A stretch of 64,000 nt of DNA from assembly GCA_038087875.1 (NCBI GenBank), contig CM075992.1, forward strand, positions 9,984,001-10,048,000. Direction: 5' to 3'. Source of the stretch: Malacoraja senta. Its lineage: Eukaryota. The number at the start of each line of letters is the position of its first letter. Positions within the stretch are counted from its first letter, which is position 1. The notes under the pieces were generated by a model. The model saw only the letters and a list, made by a program, of their open reading frames with translations, made no database searches and was not told the origin of the DNA. Shown here piece by piece: positions 48,627-61,089 of this stretch. The position numbers and the translations under genes were made by a program.

Positions 48627-51136
48627 CAACGATCACACTAATACTTAAAAAAGACAAAGATATAGAAGAACCGGGTTCATATAGAGCTATAGCATTGTTA
48701 AATACAGATCAAAAAATATTAGCGAAAACATTAGCTAGAAAATTAAGTAAATATATTAGTAAATTAATAAACCCAGATCAAACGGGGTTTATCCCTAAGA
48801 GATATTCATCTAATAATATGAGACGTCTACTCAATATAATGCACTCACACAAAATTGAAGAACAAGAATTATCAATTATTTCGCTGGACGCTGAAAAAGC
48901 ATTTGACCAAGTAGAATGGAATTATATGGATAAAGTATTACAAAAATTCCAACTGGGAGAGAATTTTATTTTATGGATTAAATTATTATATAATAAACCT
49001 ACAGCTAGAATACCAACTAATAACATATTATCCTCGAAATTTCAACTATCAAGGGGAAACAGACAAGGACCACCACAGTTGTTTGCTCTCATAATTGAAC
49101 CTTTAGCAGAAAAAATTAGAACACATCCAGATATCCATGGGTATAATACTAAATACTCAAATAATAAAATATCTTTATATGCGGATTATATATTATTGTA
49201 CATTACAAAACCTCAAATTACTATACCAAACATACTAAATCTAATTGAGGACTTTGGATCCTTTTCTGGATACAGAATAAATTGGAATAAAAGTGAAATT
49301 ATGTCAATAAAACCGAAAGACTCAACACATCTTTTAAAATTCCCTTTTAAAATAGCTACAGAAAAATTTAAATACTTTATTGAAATCACCAGAACATATC
49401 AAGGCATGTTCAAAGCAAATTATGATCCTCTACTTAATAAATTAAATACATTAATTAAATTTTGGAAAACGCTTCCGATGTCTTTAACAAGGCCGAATAA
49501 ATGCAATAAAAATGATCTTCTTACCACAAATTTGATACCTATTTCAATCGATTCCTATAAACCTACCAAAGAAGTTTAAAAAAAAATTGGACTCAGACAT
49601 TATTAATTTTATATGGGATTATAAATCCCATAGAATACAAAGAACACACTTGAACAAAGCTAAAGTATTCGGGGGCTTAGCACTCCCTAACTTCATGTAT
49701 TATTATTGGTCAGTAAATATTAAAAATATGATCCAACTGATGGACAACTCTGCCCAGCAAGTGGACTGGATTGTAATGGAGAGAGAGGACAGCTCCTCTG
49801 GTAATATTGGAGCAATCTTCCTCTCACCAATGAAACTGAATAACATAAATTATAACAAAAACCCAATTATACATAGTACAATCAGAACTTGGAAACAAAT
49901 AAAACAAAATTTAAAATTAAGAAATCTATCGCTTTTATCTCCAATAGTTAATAACCCTTCGTTTGATCCCTCTATTACAGACAAATCTTTTACACAATGG
50001 GATAGACTAGGAATTAAAACGTTCGGTGACTTGTATGAAACTGGAAAATTACTATCATTCCAACAATTACAAATAAAATATAAACTGGGACATAATCAAT
50101 ATTTTAAATATTTTCAAATATGTGACTATTTGAAAAAATATACAAAAGATCATTATAATATCCCAGCAGATGTATTGGATGAAGCAATGCAGATAAAAGC
50201 TGAATCAGCAAACTTAATATCATATTTGTATAATATTATCTTAAATGTAGAAATACCATCTACGGAAGGTATTAGAAGAGACTGGGAACAAGAATTAGCT
50301 ATTAAAATCTCAAAGGAAAGGTGGAATGAACATTTATTAAACGTGCATAAATGTTCGATTAATGTAAGCCACACTTTAATACAATTTAAAATTTTACATA
50401 GATTATATTATTCAAAAACTAAAATTAATAAAATGTTCCCCAATGTATCATCCATTTGTGATAAATGTCAATCTCAAGAAGCTACTTATAGCGCACTCAT
50501 TTGTTTTTTGTACAAAAATTCAAAAATTTTGGATTTAAATTTTTGAAATCTTTACAAAATTATTTAAAATGAAACTGATACCAAAAGCAGAATGGATTAT
50601 CTTCGGAACAACGGAAGATAGTCCTGAACTAAATGTGTTTCAAAAGAAATTAATAGATTACGGGTTAATAACTGGAAAAAAATTAATCCTAAAATTCTGG
50701 AAAAACGCTCCAATACCAACTATAAACATGTGGATTTCAAATATGTTTGAAACATTACACCTAGAAGAGATAAGACTCCTCCTGGCAGGCAAACCAGATC
50801 ACTTCCACCTGACGTGGTCTGCATTTATAGAATTATTACAAGTATAGGGTGCAAAAGTAATTTAAAAAAAAACTGAGGTCAGGTAAAGGGGGATGAAAGC
50901 TGGAGAGTTGGTATATCCCATTTGCGTGATGCTTATAACAAAGTATTTGTTTTTCTCTTTTTTCCTCTTTCTCTTTTTTTTCTTCTTTAGGGTCTATCTC
51001 TTAATCCTTTCTTTTTAATTTCTTTTCTACAGGTTCTTTTCATCTCTGTTCTTTCTTGTTGTCACGTTTTTACACCTTCACTATTTTCCTTCACTTTCTC
51101 TTTTTTCTTAAAAAAATAAAAATAATAATTAAAAAA
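48627..51136 (+). mobile_element. 5'-truncated L1-clade LINE (ORF2 RT to C-terminus, 3' UTR, A-rich tail)
   Basis: ORFs 48695-49579 (DQTGFI, SLDAEKAFD, YAD), 49587-50546 (GGLALPN) and 50569-50847. 17-bp TSD aaacttgtcatagaact (48610-48626, 51137-51153) at a tt|aaa site. Confidence 0.93.
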
Positions 51137-51203
51137 AAACTTGTCATAGAACTGGAGAAGGTAAATAAGTCAGCCCAGGTCCGTTTCTGGTCATTGTTGC
51201 AGC

Positions 51204-51363
51204 ACAAAATTCAGCAGGGACACAAAAGAAGAAATTAAGGAAATAGCCCTCCCATTTTGCACAATGCGACAAGATTACCTCACCAGAGGTAATCTTGTCG
51301 CATTGTGCAAAATGGGAGGGCTATTTCCTTAATTTCTTCTTTTGTGTCCCTGCTGAATTTTGT
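51204..51363. repeat. Perfect inverted repeat, 78-bp arms, 4-nt spacer
   Basis: 51204-51281 is the exact reverse complement of 51286-51363; the loop is ACCA. Confidence 0.95.
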
Positions 51364-52067
51364 TGCCCCCCCTTTTTGGGTTGATTCTCCAGAGTTGGAG
51401 AAAAGGGAGTAAATGGGATCAGCTTGGTGTGTGTGCCAGCCAGGAGTGTTATAACTGGTGGTGGAGGTGTTCTTGGACTGCAAAGGTAAGTCAGCCAACG
51501 AACCCTGTTCACATATGGGAACTAACCATATCTCACAAAAGACTGATTTCTGGGGAAATTTGAAATGGATGGTTTAGTGGTTTATGTAAAGATATTGAAA
51601 TAAATTGGAAAAGAAAAATAAATACATGGGTTAAATAATGTGGGGGGTGAGCTGATGAGTGCATGTTTCAAACCAGTGAAATGTGAAAATGTAAGTCATA
51701 TTTATCTAGTTCCTTTTCCAGCCTCAAAAAGAATTATGCTTGAAGTTTACTCTCTGTACATAAGGCATTACATAAGTTTACATAAGGCAACGTGGTATCA
51801 ATATGGGAGCGGTCAGATTGCACAAATAGTGGGGTGATGGTGACCAGGCAATAGTTGATGATGGGACACAAGCTTACAGCAGCATTGGGGCTGAAGGGCC
51901 CTTTTACTGGAACAACAAAAGAGGGAAAGGACAGGCCCATAAACTAGACGTGGCAGGAGCACTCAGTCTTGTACAGGCAATGTCTGGATTACTGGGAGCA
52001 AGAAGGGCAGAATGGCCAGGGGGAAATGGGGAATAGATTTATTAAATATGACGAAGTTCCAGGGTTA

Positions 52068-52696
52068 TAGACAATAGACAATAGGTGTAGGAGTAGGCCA
52101 TTCAGCCCTTCGAGCCAGCACCGCCATTCAATGTGATCATGGCTGATCAACCCCAATCAATACCCCGTTCCTGCCTTCTCCCCATATCCCCTGACTCCGC
52201 TATCTTTAAGAGCCCTGTCTAGCTCTCTCTTGAAAGTATCCAGAGAACCGGCCTCCAGCGCCCTCTGAGGAAGAGAATTCCACAAACTCACAACTCTCTG
52301 TGAGAAAAAGTGTTTCCTCGTCTCCGTTCTAAATGGCTTACCCCTTATTCTTAAACTGTGGCCCCTGGTTCTGGACTCTCCCAACATCGAGCACATGTTT
52401 CCTGCCTCTAGCGTGTCCAAACCCTTAATAATCGTAATTGTTTCAATAAGATCCCCTCACATCCATCTAAACTCCAGAGTATACAAGCCCAGCCGCTCCA
52501 TTCTCTCAGCATATGACAGTCCCGCCATCCCTGGAATTAACATTGTAAACCTACGCTGCACTCCCTCAATAGCAAGAATGTCCTTCCTCATATTAGGGGA
52601 CCAAAACTGCACTCAATACTCCAGGTGTGGTCTCACTAGGGCTCTGTACAACTGCAGAAGGACCTCTTTGCTCCTATACTCAACTCCTCTTGTTAT
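52068..52696 (-). mobile_element. CR1/HER1 3' fragment
   Basis: ORF 52157-52420 and an (aatagac)n tail. Confidence 0.9.
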
Positions 52697-52744
52697 ATCA
52701 TGAGACAGAATTGCAGGAACTAGGATTGGATTTCAGGGAAAATG

Positions 52745-53650
52745 TGTAGGAAGGAATCACGGTTGTTAGTTTTCATCAAAGATAAACATAAAAAGCTGGA
52801 GTAACTCAGTGGTCAGGCAGCATCTCTGGAGAAAAGGAGTAGGGACAGATGTTACATCTCCTGCCGTTGCAGACTCATCCCTTCCCGCCCAAAACCACCA
52901 CCTCCCCAGGTACCATCCCCTGGAACCGCAGATGCAACACCTTATTCGTCCTTATTCGTCCTCCTCGACTCTGTCCAGGGACCCCAACAGCCCTTGCAGG
53001 TGAGGCAGAAGTTCATTTGCACCTCTTCCAACCTCATCTCCTGTATCTGCTGTTCCAAGTGTGGTCTCCTACATATTGGGGAGGCCAAGCGATCGCCTCT
53101 AAACACCTAAACACCACTGAACAGTCCGCCTTAGCCAACAGGTTAACCTATTAGTCTGTCAGTTGCCAAACAGTTTAACTCCCCTTCCTATTCCCACACC
53201 GACCTTTCTGTCCTGGGCCTCCTCCATTGTCAGAGTGAGGCCCAGTGCAAATTGGAGGAACAGCATCTCATAAATCGCTTGGGCAGCTTACACCCTAGTG
53301 GTATGAACATTGACTTCTCTAACTTTAAGTAACCCTTGCATCCGCTCTCTCTCTCCGTCTCTCCCCCACCCCAGTCGTCGTACTAGTTTGACTGTCGTCC
53401 TGTTGAGTTTCAATGTTTATATAGCTCGTTGTCACCTTCCCCACAGCCAATAATCGACCTTTCCTTGATCATAGTTGCTTTTTGCTGATCTTTCATTAAT
53501 TTGTTCTATGTTTGTTCTTTATCTCACATCTCCCTCTCTCCTGACTCTTAGTCTGAAGAAGGGCCTCGACCCGAAACGTCACTTATACCTTTTCTCCAGA
53601 GATGCTGCCTGACCCACTGAGTTACTCCAGCTTTTTGTGTCTATCTTTGG
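52745..53650 (+). mobile_element. Penelope 3' fragment with inverted 5' pLTR
   Basis: Inverted pLTR at 52745-52840, GIY-YIG remnant, and pLTR with CTGAAGA…GAAACGTC at 53553-53580. Confidence 0.85.
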
Positions 53651-53969
53651 ATTTCAGGGAAGGTGGGTGATCTGATTTGATTGAGGTTTTGGTGCGGAGG
53701 GAGAAAACATTTCCACTGCTTGGGGGATCGAGAATAGGGGAGGAGGGATTGAGGTACATGGTCTAAAAATTAGAGCTAGTCCTTACGGGAGTAAAATGTG
53801 GAAACACCTGCACAGTAAAAAATAGGTAATAATTGGAACTCTTTGAAAAACACCTGTTAATCTGTATTAGGTCTACCATTAGGGATATCAAAAAAGTGAT
53901 CTGAGGTTTAATTTCTTCCCACTCTAGTGAGTATTTTGGGATAACAGGTTGCTCTGCAAGGGAAGGGAA

Positions 53970-54285
53970 ATAGACACAAAATGCTGGAGTAACTTAGCGG
54001 GTCAGGCAGCATCTCTGGAGAAAAGGAATAGGTGACGTTTCAGGTGGAGACCCTTTATCAGACTGAGAGTCAGGGAGCAGAACACTTGAGGAATGGGAAG
54101 GTACAGAACAAAGCAGAGCCTGCATCGAAGACTCAGGAAAGATGGAGCCCACAATGGTCCACTGTTGGCTGGGGATGAGGTGAAGGAATACAAACGTTGA
54201 AATTAACAAGGGGACTAGGGTGGGGGAGGGACGGCGTGAGGGCGAATACAAGGGTCACTTGAAGCTCGAGAAATCAATATTCATG
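53970..54285 (-). mobile_element. Penelope pLTR fragment
   Basis: Same terminal repeat, with a mutated hammerhead core. Confidence 0.75.
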
Positions 54286-54404
54286 AATGGTAACTTGGTT
54301 GCATTGAACTAAGTTAGCTTTTCCACCGACAATTACTGATGAGCCTGTACTGAATTAAAGATCAGAATTTGAACAATGCCAAGCATGAATGAGGTTAATT
54401 CGTT

Positions 54405-54686
54405 TAGAGATAGTGTGGAACCAGGCCCTTCGGTCCACCAAGTCCTGGAACCAGGCCCTTCAGTCCACCAAGTCCTGTGCTGACCAGCGATCCTTACACT
54501 AACCTACACACACTAGGGACAATTATATCGTCAATTAATTTACAAACTTGAACGTGGGAAGAAACTGAAGCATCCAGAGAAAACCCACGCAAATCACTGG
54601 GAGAACGTACAAACTCCGAACACACAGCACCCATAGTCAGGATGGGTGCTGTAAGGCAGCAACTCTACCGCTGCACCACCATGCCG
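54405..54686 (-). mobile_element. V-SINE with internal 30-bp tandem duplication
   Basis: SINE motifs on the - strand; ggaaccaggcccttc(g/a)gtccaccaagtcct occurs twice. Confidence 0.78.
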
Positions 54687-54727
54687 TCTTTAAATATTTA
54701 TTGGGCTTTTCTCCTTTTTGTTTGCAG

Positions 54728-54905
54728 GTGTGAAATCTGTGGATATCAGTGTCGACAGAGAGCTTCACTAAACTGGCACATGAAGAAACACGACACGGAA
54801 ATACAGTACAACTTCACCTGTGAATACTGTGGCAAGAAGTTTGAAAAAATGGACAGTGTCAAGTTTCACAAGTTAAAAAGTCACCCTGAGTGTCAGACCA
54901 TGTGA
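54728..54905 (+). CDS. ZNF653: ZNF653 terminal coding exon: ZF4 and ZF5, stop
   Basis: Acceptor ctcctttttgtttgcag. Encodes CEICGYQCRQRASLNWHMKKHDTEIQYNFTCEYCGKKFEKMDSVKFHKLKSHPECQTM*, with TGA at 54903-54905. Matches the recalled C-terminus of ZNF653 (ZFP91/ZNF692/ZNF276 family). Confidence 0.96.
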
Positions 54906-57030
54906 CTTGACATTGCTGGACTTGTACTGTTGTAGCAAGAGGCATATGCACGAACCCTCCTCGACAAGGCGTAACATTTGTGCAAGCACTGTTTATTCAA
55001 ACATAAAATTCTATATTTTCAGCTTCTCTATATTAAATATTTTCAAATTGTTGCGGGTTGAGTGGGGTTTGTGGTGCGGGGGAGTTTGGGGGAAATGCAA
55101 TGAGTTTACTTGAATCCTGGGCCAATGCAATGGCTGGTGCCTGAGTGGAGGCCACTCTGTACTGCAACTCTTCTGACCACTTGAAGAGACTTCTTGTTTA
55201 ATCAGATCTGCAACATGCCTGGCTTTAAAGCTGATCGCAGCCGGCAGGTGAGCAAAGAAGCATGTTTAAAATCAAAATAGCCTATGACTGAGTGAAATGG
55301 AGCACGTGGATAATCGCACATTAAGGCAAACATACAGAGCACATGTTAAGGGAATTGTTTCATGTCAAGGCTGTTTTCATCAGAACTGGAAAAAGTTGGA
55401 GGTAAAATAATTCAATGATCCTTTCATTTGTACTCTTGGCCACGTGTAGTTTTTGTGGACAACTGTTGTTCTGCTCTAGTTCATACTGCAGTTACTCGTA
55501 CATGAACCATGATGGTGATGGTGAGTCAGGCTCTTCACCACACAGGCATTTGGATCAGTTGGAGTGTGCCGGATAGTGCCTTTGCAATGATCTATACATT
55601 ATAGAAAATGGAATCCAACTTGGTTCATGCTACTCGAACAAGTGTCTGGGTGATTGTTGGACAGCGTGTACTCAGTGAGTCAAAGGTCCTGTTTCAAAGC
55701 TGTATCTCTAAACAAATCTAAACTAAATAACAAATTGAATGTGTTATTATGTAAATGGTGATTATTACCAAAGTACTGTGTTGGTACATGTGAAATCATG
55801 AAATGCTGAACTAGGGTGCAGAATCCTGGATAGAGTTTACAACTTCACAAGTTCAAGGCAGACCCAGGCACATGTAAGTAGATTTTGGTCTGCAAAATAT
55901 TCCATTCAGTGACATGTAAGCAAAGTCTTTCACTTTGCTGTGTTAACTGTTCTCAATGCAGATTGGCAGTGAGATGCACTTTGCATCAGGTTTTCCAGAT
56001 AAAATAAGGCAAAACCTGCTTTGGTTCTTGATCCAGATAATACTCTCACTGGAAGTTTGCGAGCGAATGGTGTGTGCTGGAACAAGCTTCCTCTCCCATG
56101 TGAATATTGATTGAACTGACAAAAGAATGAGTCAAAACGGGTATAGACTGCCAACAGACTAATTCATCATTATGACCTGGTACCAAGAAAATAGAAAATA
56201 TTGGCAGAAGGAGGAGAAAACATTTGTGTAATCTGTTGCTGCTCTTCACAGTAACCAGCAAAAGGTTTCATGAATTAACAAAAATCCTTCAATATACACG
56301 TAGATGAGACTACTGAATTAATGAGCTTGAACTGCACATTAAGTTAAATGTTTAAACATTGGCAATTTCCAGATTAAGTCTGTTACTTAGATAGTTCTGG
56401 TCTTCAGTGTGGACTAGACAGTCAGGCAAGCTGTGCATGGTGTTCTGAGTTCACTGTGCAGCAGATCGCACCAAAGGTTTTGGTTCTTGCAAAAGGGCAA
56501 AAGCAAAACCTTGGCGAATGAACAAGGTGCCTGAGATTAGTGCTTCTCAGCAGGATCTGGCTTGTGGGGCAGGAGTTATGGCACTTTTCAAAGGACCACG
56601 AGTGTCGATGGGACACGTTGGTTGGTGTGGGCTAGTTGGGCCAAAGGGCCTGTTTCGACAGTCTATGACCCCACCTAATTGTGCATTATCTGATACATCT
56701 AAAGTACAACACTTCTCTCTATCCTCCCGTCACACAGTGCTGGTGCATGAGCATTTTCTGTACGCCTTTGAGGTCTTGCTATTGTTAAGATGATGTCATC
56801 ACCAAAAGGACGGTTTACAAGCTTAACCAGTACGATGACAATGTTTGAATGTACATTGAGAATTTTTATTTTATGATGTTTTACGTTAGTAAATGTCAAA
56901 TTATTTTATTGTATATTTTGACTATTATTTTTGCATCAATGTTGCCAAGAGTAATATTTGCATGGTGTTGCAAGTTGAACCCAAATCTCAGTCTGTGGTC
57001 CATCTATAAAGGGTAATATGTGACATTGAT
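54906..57030 (+). other. ZNF653: Probable ZNF653 3' UTR (end uncertain)
   Basis: Mostly unique, AT/U-rich sequence after the stop codon. No clear AATAAA was seen; variant signals occur near 55032 (ATTAAA) and 57005 (TATAAA). Confidence 0.35.
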
Positions 57031-58358
57031 ATGATGACAGTTGAATCAGGCAGGAGCTGTGGACTTTCCGAGACATTTGTCCCAACCCCATGATCTGTTT
57101 CCTCTTTCTACTATATCTGCAAATAGGTGGATGATGGATGTTCAAGCTGTCCTCTTGCCCTGCGAAGATGGCCGTGAGTGGTCTCACAATTGTGGGGTCC
57201 CTTGGAATATTTTCCACATGTAAAAGTTACTTTCATAAGTTTATGTGATAGAAGCAGAATTAGGCCATTCAGCCCATCATCTACTCAGCCATTCAATCAT
57301 GGTTCATCTACCTATCGCTCCTAACACCATTCTCCTGCCTTAGAAACATGGAAAATAGGTGCAGGAGGAGGCCATTTGGCCTTTATTGTGATCATGGCTG
57401 ATCATCCACAATCAGTAACCCGTGCCTGCCTCCTCCCAATATCCCTCGATTCCGCTAGTCCCTAGAGCTCTATCTAACTCTTTTAAATTCATCCAGTAAA
57501 TTAGCCTCTACTGCCTTCTGTGGCAGAGAATTGCACGTTCACAACTCTCTGGGTGAAAAAGTTTCTTCTCATCTTGGTTTTAAATGGCCTCCCCTTTATC
57601 CTTCTCCCCATAACCCCTGACACCCTCCAGTACAATGCTGGACTTTCCAGGTCCTAGATTTCTTCTGATACAGTGCATTCAGAAAGTATTCAGACACCTT
57701 CACTTTTTCCATATTTTGTTACGTATTATTTAAAAATGGGTTAAATTCTTTTTTTTTTATCATCAATCTACACACAATACCCCATAATAAAAAAGCGAAA
57801 ACAGGTGTTTAGAAATTTTTGCGATGTAATTAAAAAGAAATAATGGAAATATCGCATTTACATAAGTATTCAGACCCTTTACTCAGTACTTTGTTGAGGC
57901 ACCTTTGGCAGCGATTACAGCCTCATGTCTTCTTGGGTATGACGCTGCAAGCTTGGCACACCTGTATTTGGGTAATTTCTCCCATTCTTCTCTGCAGTTC
58001 CTCTCAAGCTCTGTCAGGTTGGATGGGGAGCGTCGATGCACAGCTATTTTCAGGTCCCTCCAGAGTTGTTCGATCGGGTTCAAGTCCAGGCTCTGGCTGG
58101 GACCTTCACAGACTTGTCACAAAGCCACTCCTGCGTTGTCTTGGCTGTGTGCTTAGGGTCGTTGTCCTGTTGGAAGGTCCAGAACGCACTGGAGCAGGTT
58201 CTCATCAAGGATCTCTCTGTACTTTGCTCCGTTCATGTTTCCCTCAATCCTGACTACTCTCCCAGTTCCTGCCGCTGAAAAACATCCCCACAGCGTGATG
58301 CTGCCACCACCAGGCTTCACCGTAGGTATGGTATTGGCCAGGTGATGAGCGGTGCCTG

Positions 58359-59660
58359 GTCAGCATGGATTTATGAAAGGTAAATCATGTCTGACAAATC
58401 TTATAGAATTTTTCGAGGATGTAACTAGTAGAGTGGATAAGGGAGAACCAGTGGATGTGTTATATCTGGACTTTCAGAAGGCTTTCGACAAGGTCCCACA
58501 TAAGAGATTAATATACAAACTTAAAGCACACGGTATTGGGGGTTCAGTATTGATGTGGATAGAGAACTGGCTGGCAGACAGGAAGCAAAGAGTAGGAGTA
58601 AACGGGTCCTTTTCAGAATGGCAGGCAGTGACTAGTGGGGTACCGCAAGGCTCAGTGCTGGGACCCCAGCTATTTACAATATATATTAATGATTTGGACG
58701 AGGGAATTGAATGCAACACCTCCAAGTTTGCGGATGACACGAAGCTGGGGGGCAGTGTTAGCTGTTAGGAGGATGCTAGGAGGCTGCAAGATGACTTGGA
58801 TAGGTTGGGTGAGTGGGCAAATGCATGGCAGATGCAGTATAATGTGGATAAATGTGAGGTTATCCACTTTGGTGGCAAAAACAGGAAAGTAGACTATTAC
58901 CTGAATGGTGGCCGATTAGGAAAAGGGGAGATGCAACGAGACCTGGGTGTCATGGTACACCAGTCATTGAAAGTAGGCATGCAGGTGCAGCAGGCAGTGA
59001 AGAAAGCGAATGGTATGTTAGCATTCATAGCAAAAGGATTTGAGTATAGGAGCAGGGAGGTTCTACTGCAGTTGTACAGGGTCTTGGTGAGACCACACCT
59101 GGAGTATTGCGTACAGTTTTGGTCTCCTAATCTGAGGAAGGACATTCTTGCCATTGAGGGAGTACAGAGAAGGTTCACCAGATGGATTCCTGGGATGTCA
59201 GGGCTTTCATATGAAGAAAGACGGGATAGACTCGGCTTGTACTCGCTAGAATTTAGAAGATTGAGGGGGGGATCTTATAGAAACTTACAAAATTCTTAAG
59301 GGGTTGACCAGGCTAGATGCAGGATGATTGTTCCGGATGTTGGGGAAATCCAGAACAAGGGGTCACAGTTTAAGGATAAAGGGGAAATCTTTTAGGGCTG
59401 AGATGAGAAAAACATTTTTTACACAGAGAGTGGTGAATCTCTGGAATTCTCTGCCACAGAATGTAGTTGAGTTCATTGGCTATATTTAAGAGGGAGTTAG
59501 ATGTGGCCCTTGTGGCTAAATGGATCAGCGGGTATGGAAAGAAAGCAGGTACAGGATACTGAGTTGCATGATCAGCCATGATCATATTGAATGGCGGTGC
59601 AGGCTCGAAGGACCGTATGGCCTACTCCTGCACCTATTTTCTATGCTATATTTCTATGTT
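58359..59660 (+). mobile_element. CR1/HER1 3' fragment nested in Tc1
   Basis: ORFs 58352-58768 and 58796-59299, nearly identical to the copy at 32995-34270. Confidence 0.93.
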
Positions 59661-60184
59661 TCCTCCAGGCTTGGCATTCAGGCCAAAGAGTTCAATCTTG
59701 ATTTCATCAGTCCAGAGAATCTTGTTTCTCATGGTCTGAGAGTCCTCTAGGTGACTTTTGGCAAACTCCCAAGTGGGCTGTCATGTGCCTTTTATTGAGG
59801 AGAGGCTTCTGTCTGGCCACTCTACCATAAAGGCCTGATTGGGGGAGTGCTGCAGATATAATTGTCCTTCTGGAAGTTTCTCCCATCTCCACAGAGGAAC
59901 ACTGGAGCTCTGTCAGTGACCATCGGGTTCTTGGTCACCTCCCTGACCAAGGCCCTACCCCCCCACTTGCTCAGTTGGGCCGGGTGGCCAGCAGTACGAA
60001 GAGTCCTTGTGGTTCCAAAGTTCTTCCATTTAAGAATGACGGAGGCCACTGTGCTCTTCGGGACCTGCAATGCTGCATAGATTGTTTTATACCCTTCCCC
60101 AGATCTTGTCTCGGAAGTCTAAGGACAATTCCTTCGTCTTCATGGCTTGGTTTTTGCTCTGACATGCACTGTCTAATTCTTATA

Positions 60185-61089
60185 GGTCGGTGGGGGCGCT
60201 GCGAGCCGGCAGCCCTGCCAGCAACGTGTTAGTTTTTTCTACTCTTTTTATTTATTAAGTGTGTCTCAATGTGTGTTTTTAATGTTTCTCTGTGTGTCCT
60301 GTGTGGGGGTGCAAGGGGGAAACCGCTTTGGTCGCCTCCTCCATGGAGAGGCGACTTTTTCCATGTCGCCTCCCCCGTGGCCTAACATCGAGGATCGGTG
60401 CGGCCTTTCCTGGAGAAGCGCCTGAGGCTTCAGCCACGGGTGCAGCGTGGACTCTCGTCGCGGAGCGGGCGAACCCTCGCCGGAGGGGAGCGCTCCATTC
60501 GCTGGCCCGCGGCAGCCTGAAGCCGCGGTCTGCGGAGCTCCATCTGGCGCTGCATCCGGAGCCTGGGATCCCTCGTTGGGGACCCCGGTGGAGAAAAGCT
60601 CCGACCGCCAGCCCGCGGCCTACTCTAACCGCGGGTGCGGCGGGGACTTACCATCCGGAGAGGGGTCCCTCGCCGGGGATCCCTGGAGAGGAGCTCCGAC
60701 CGCCGGCCCTGCGGTCTGCGGTGCTTCTGGCTGCGGCGCGGCGGGGACATTAGATCTTCCACCGCCGGCCTACGGCCTACACCAACTTGAAGCCGCGGTC
60801 TCCGGTGGGTAAGCACCGATTCAGGATTTACCTGGACATATCTTGTCTGCACATCTGGATGGCCGCAGCGGCGACTGAGGAGGGTTGTGGTCCCGACCAC
60901 AGGGGAAAATGGAGGAGGACTGACCAAATTGTTGTGCCTTCCACCACAGTGATGAAATCTGTGGTGTGATGGTTGTGTTAAATTTTTATTGTGTATTGTG
61001 TGTTCTTTTTTTATTGTACTGCTGCTGGCAAATTCATTTCACTGCACTGTATGCAAGTGACGAATAAAACTTGACTTAACTTGACTTGA
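60185..61089 (+). mobile_element. Non-autonomous CpG-rich retroelement with LINE-type (CTTGA)n tail, nested in Tc1
   Basis: TATA TSD (60181-60184, 61090-61093). The 3' end is AATAAAA followed by cttgacttaacttgacttga. No recognisable coding domain. Confidence 0.7.

Noticed and set aside
56900..56912. AATAAA on the - strand as the end of a convergent gene
   Set aside because: No - strand exons were found in the window, and the motif is common in AT-rich UTR sequence.
60292..60927. GC-rich ORFs as a first exon of a neighbouring gene
   Set aside because: They sit inside a TSD-bounded insert nested in Tc1, with no domain or splice support.
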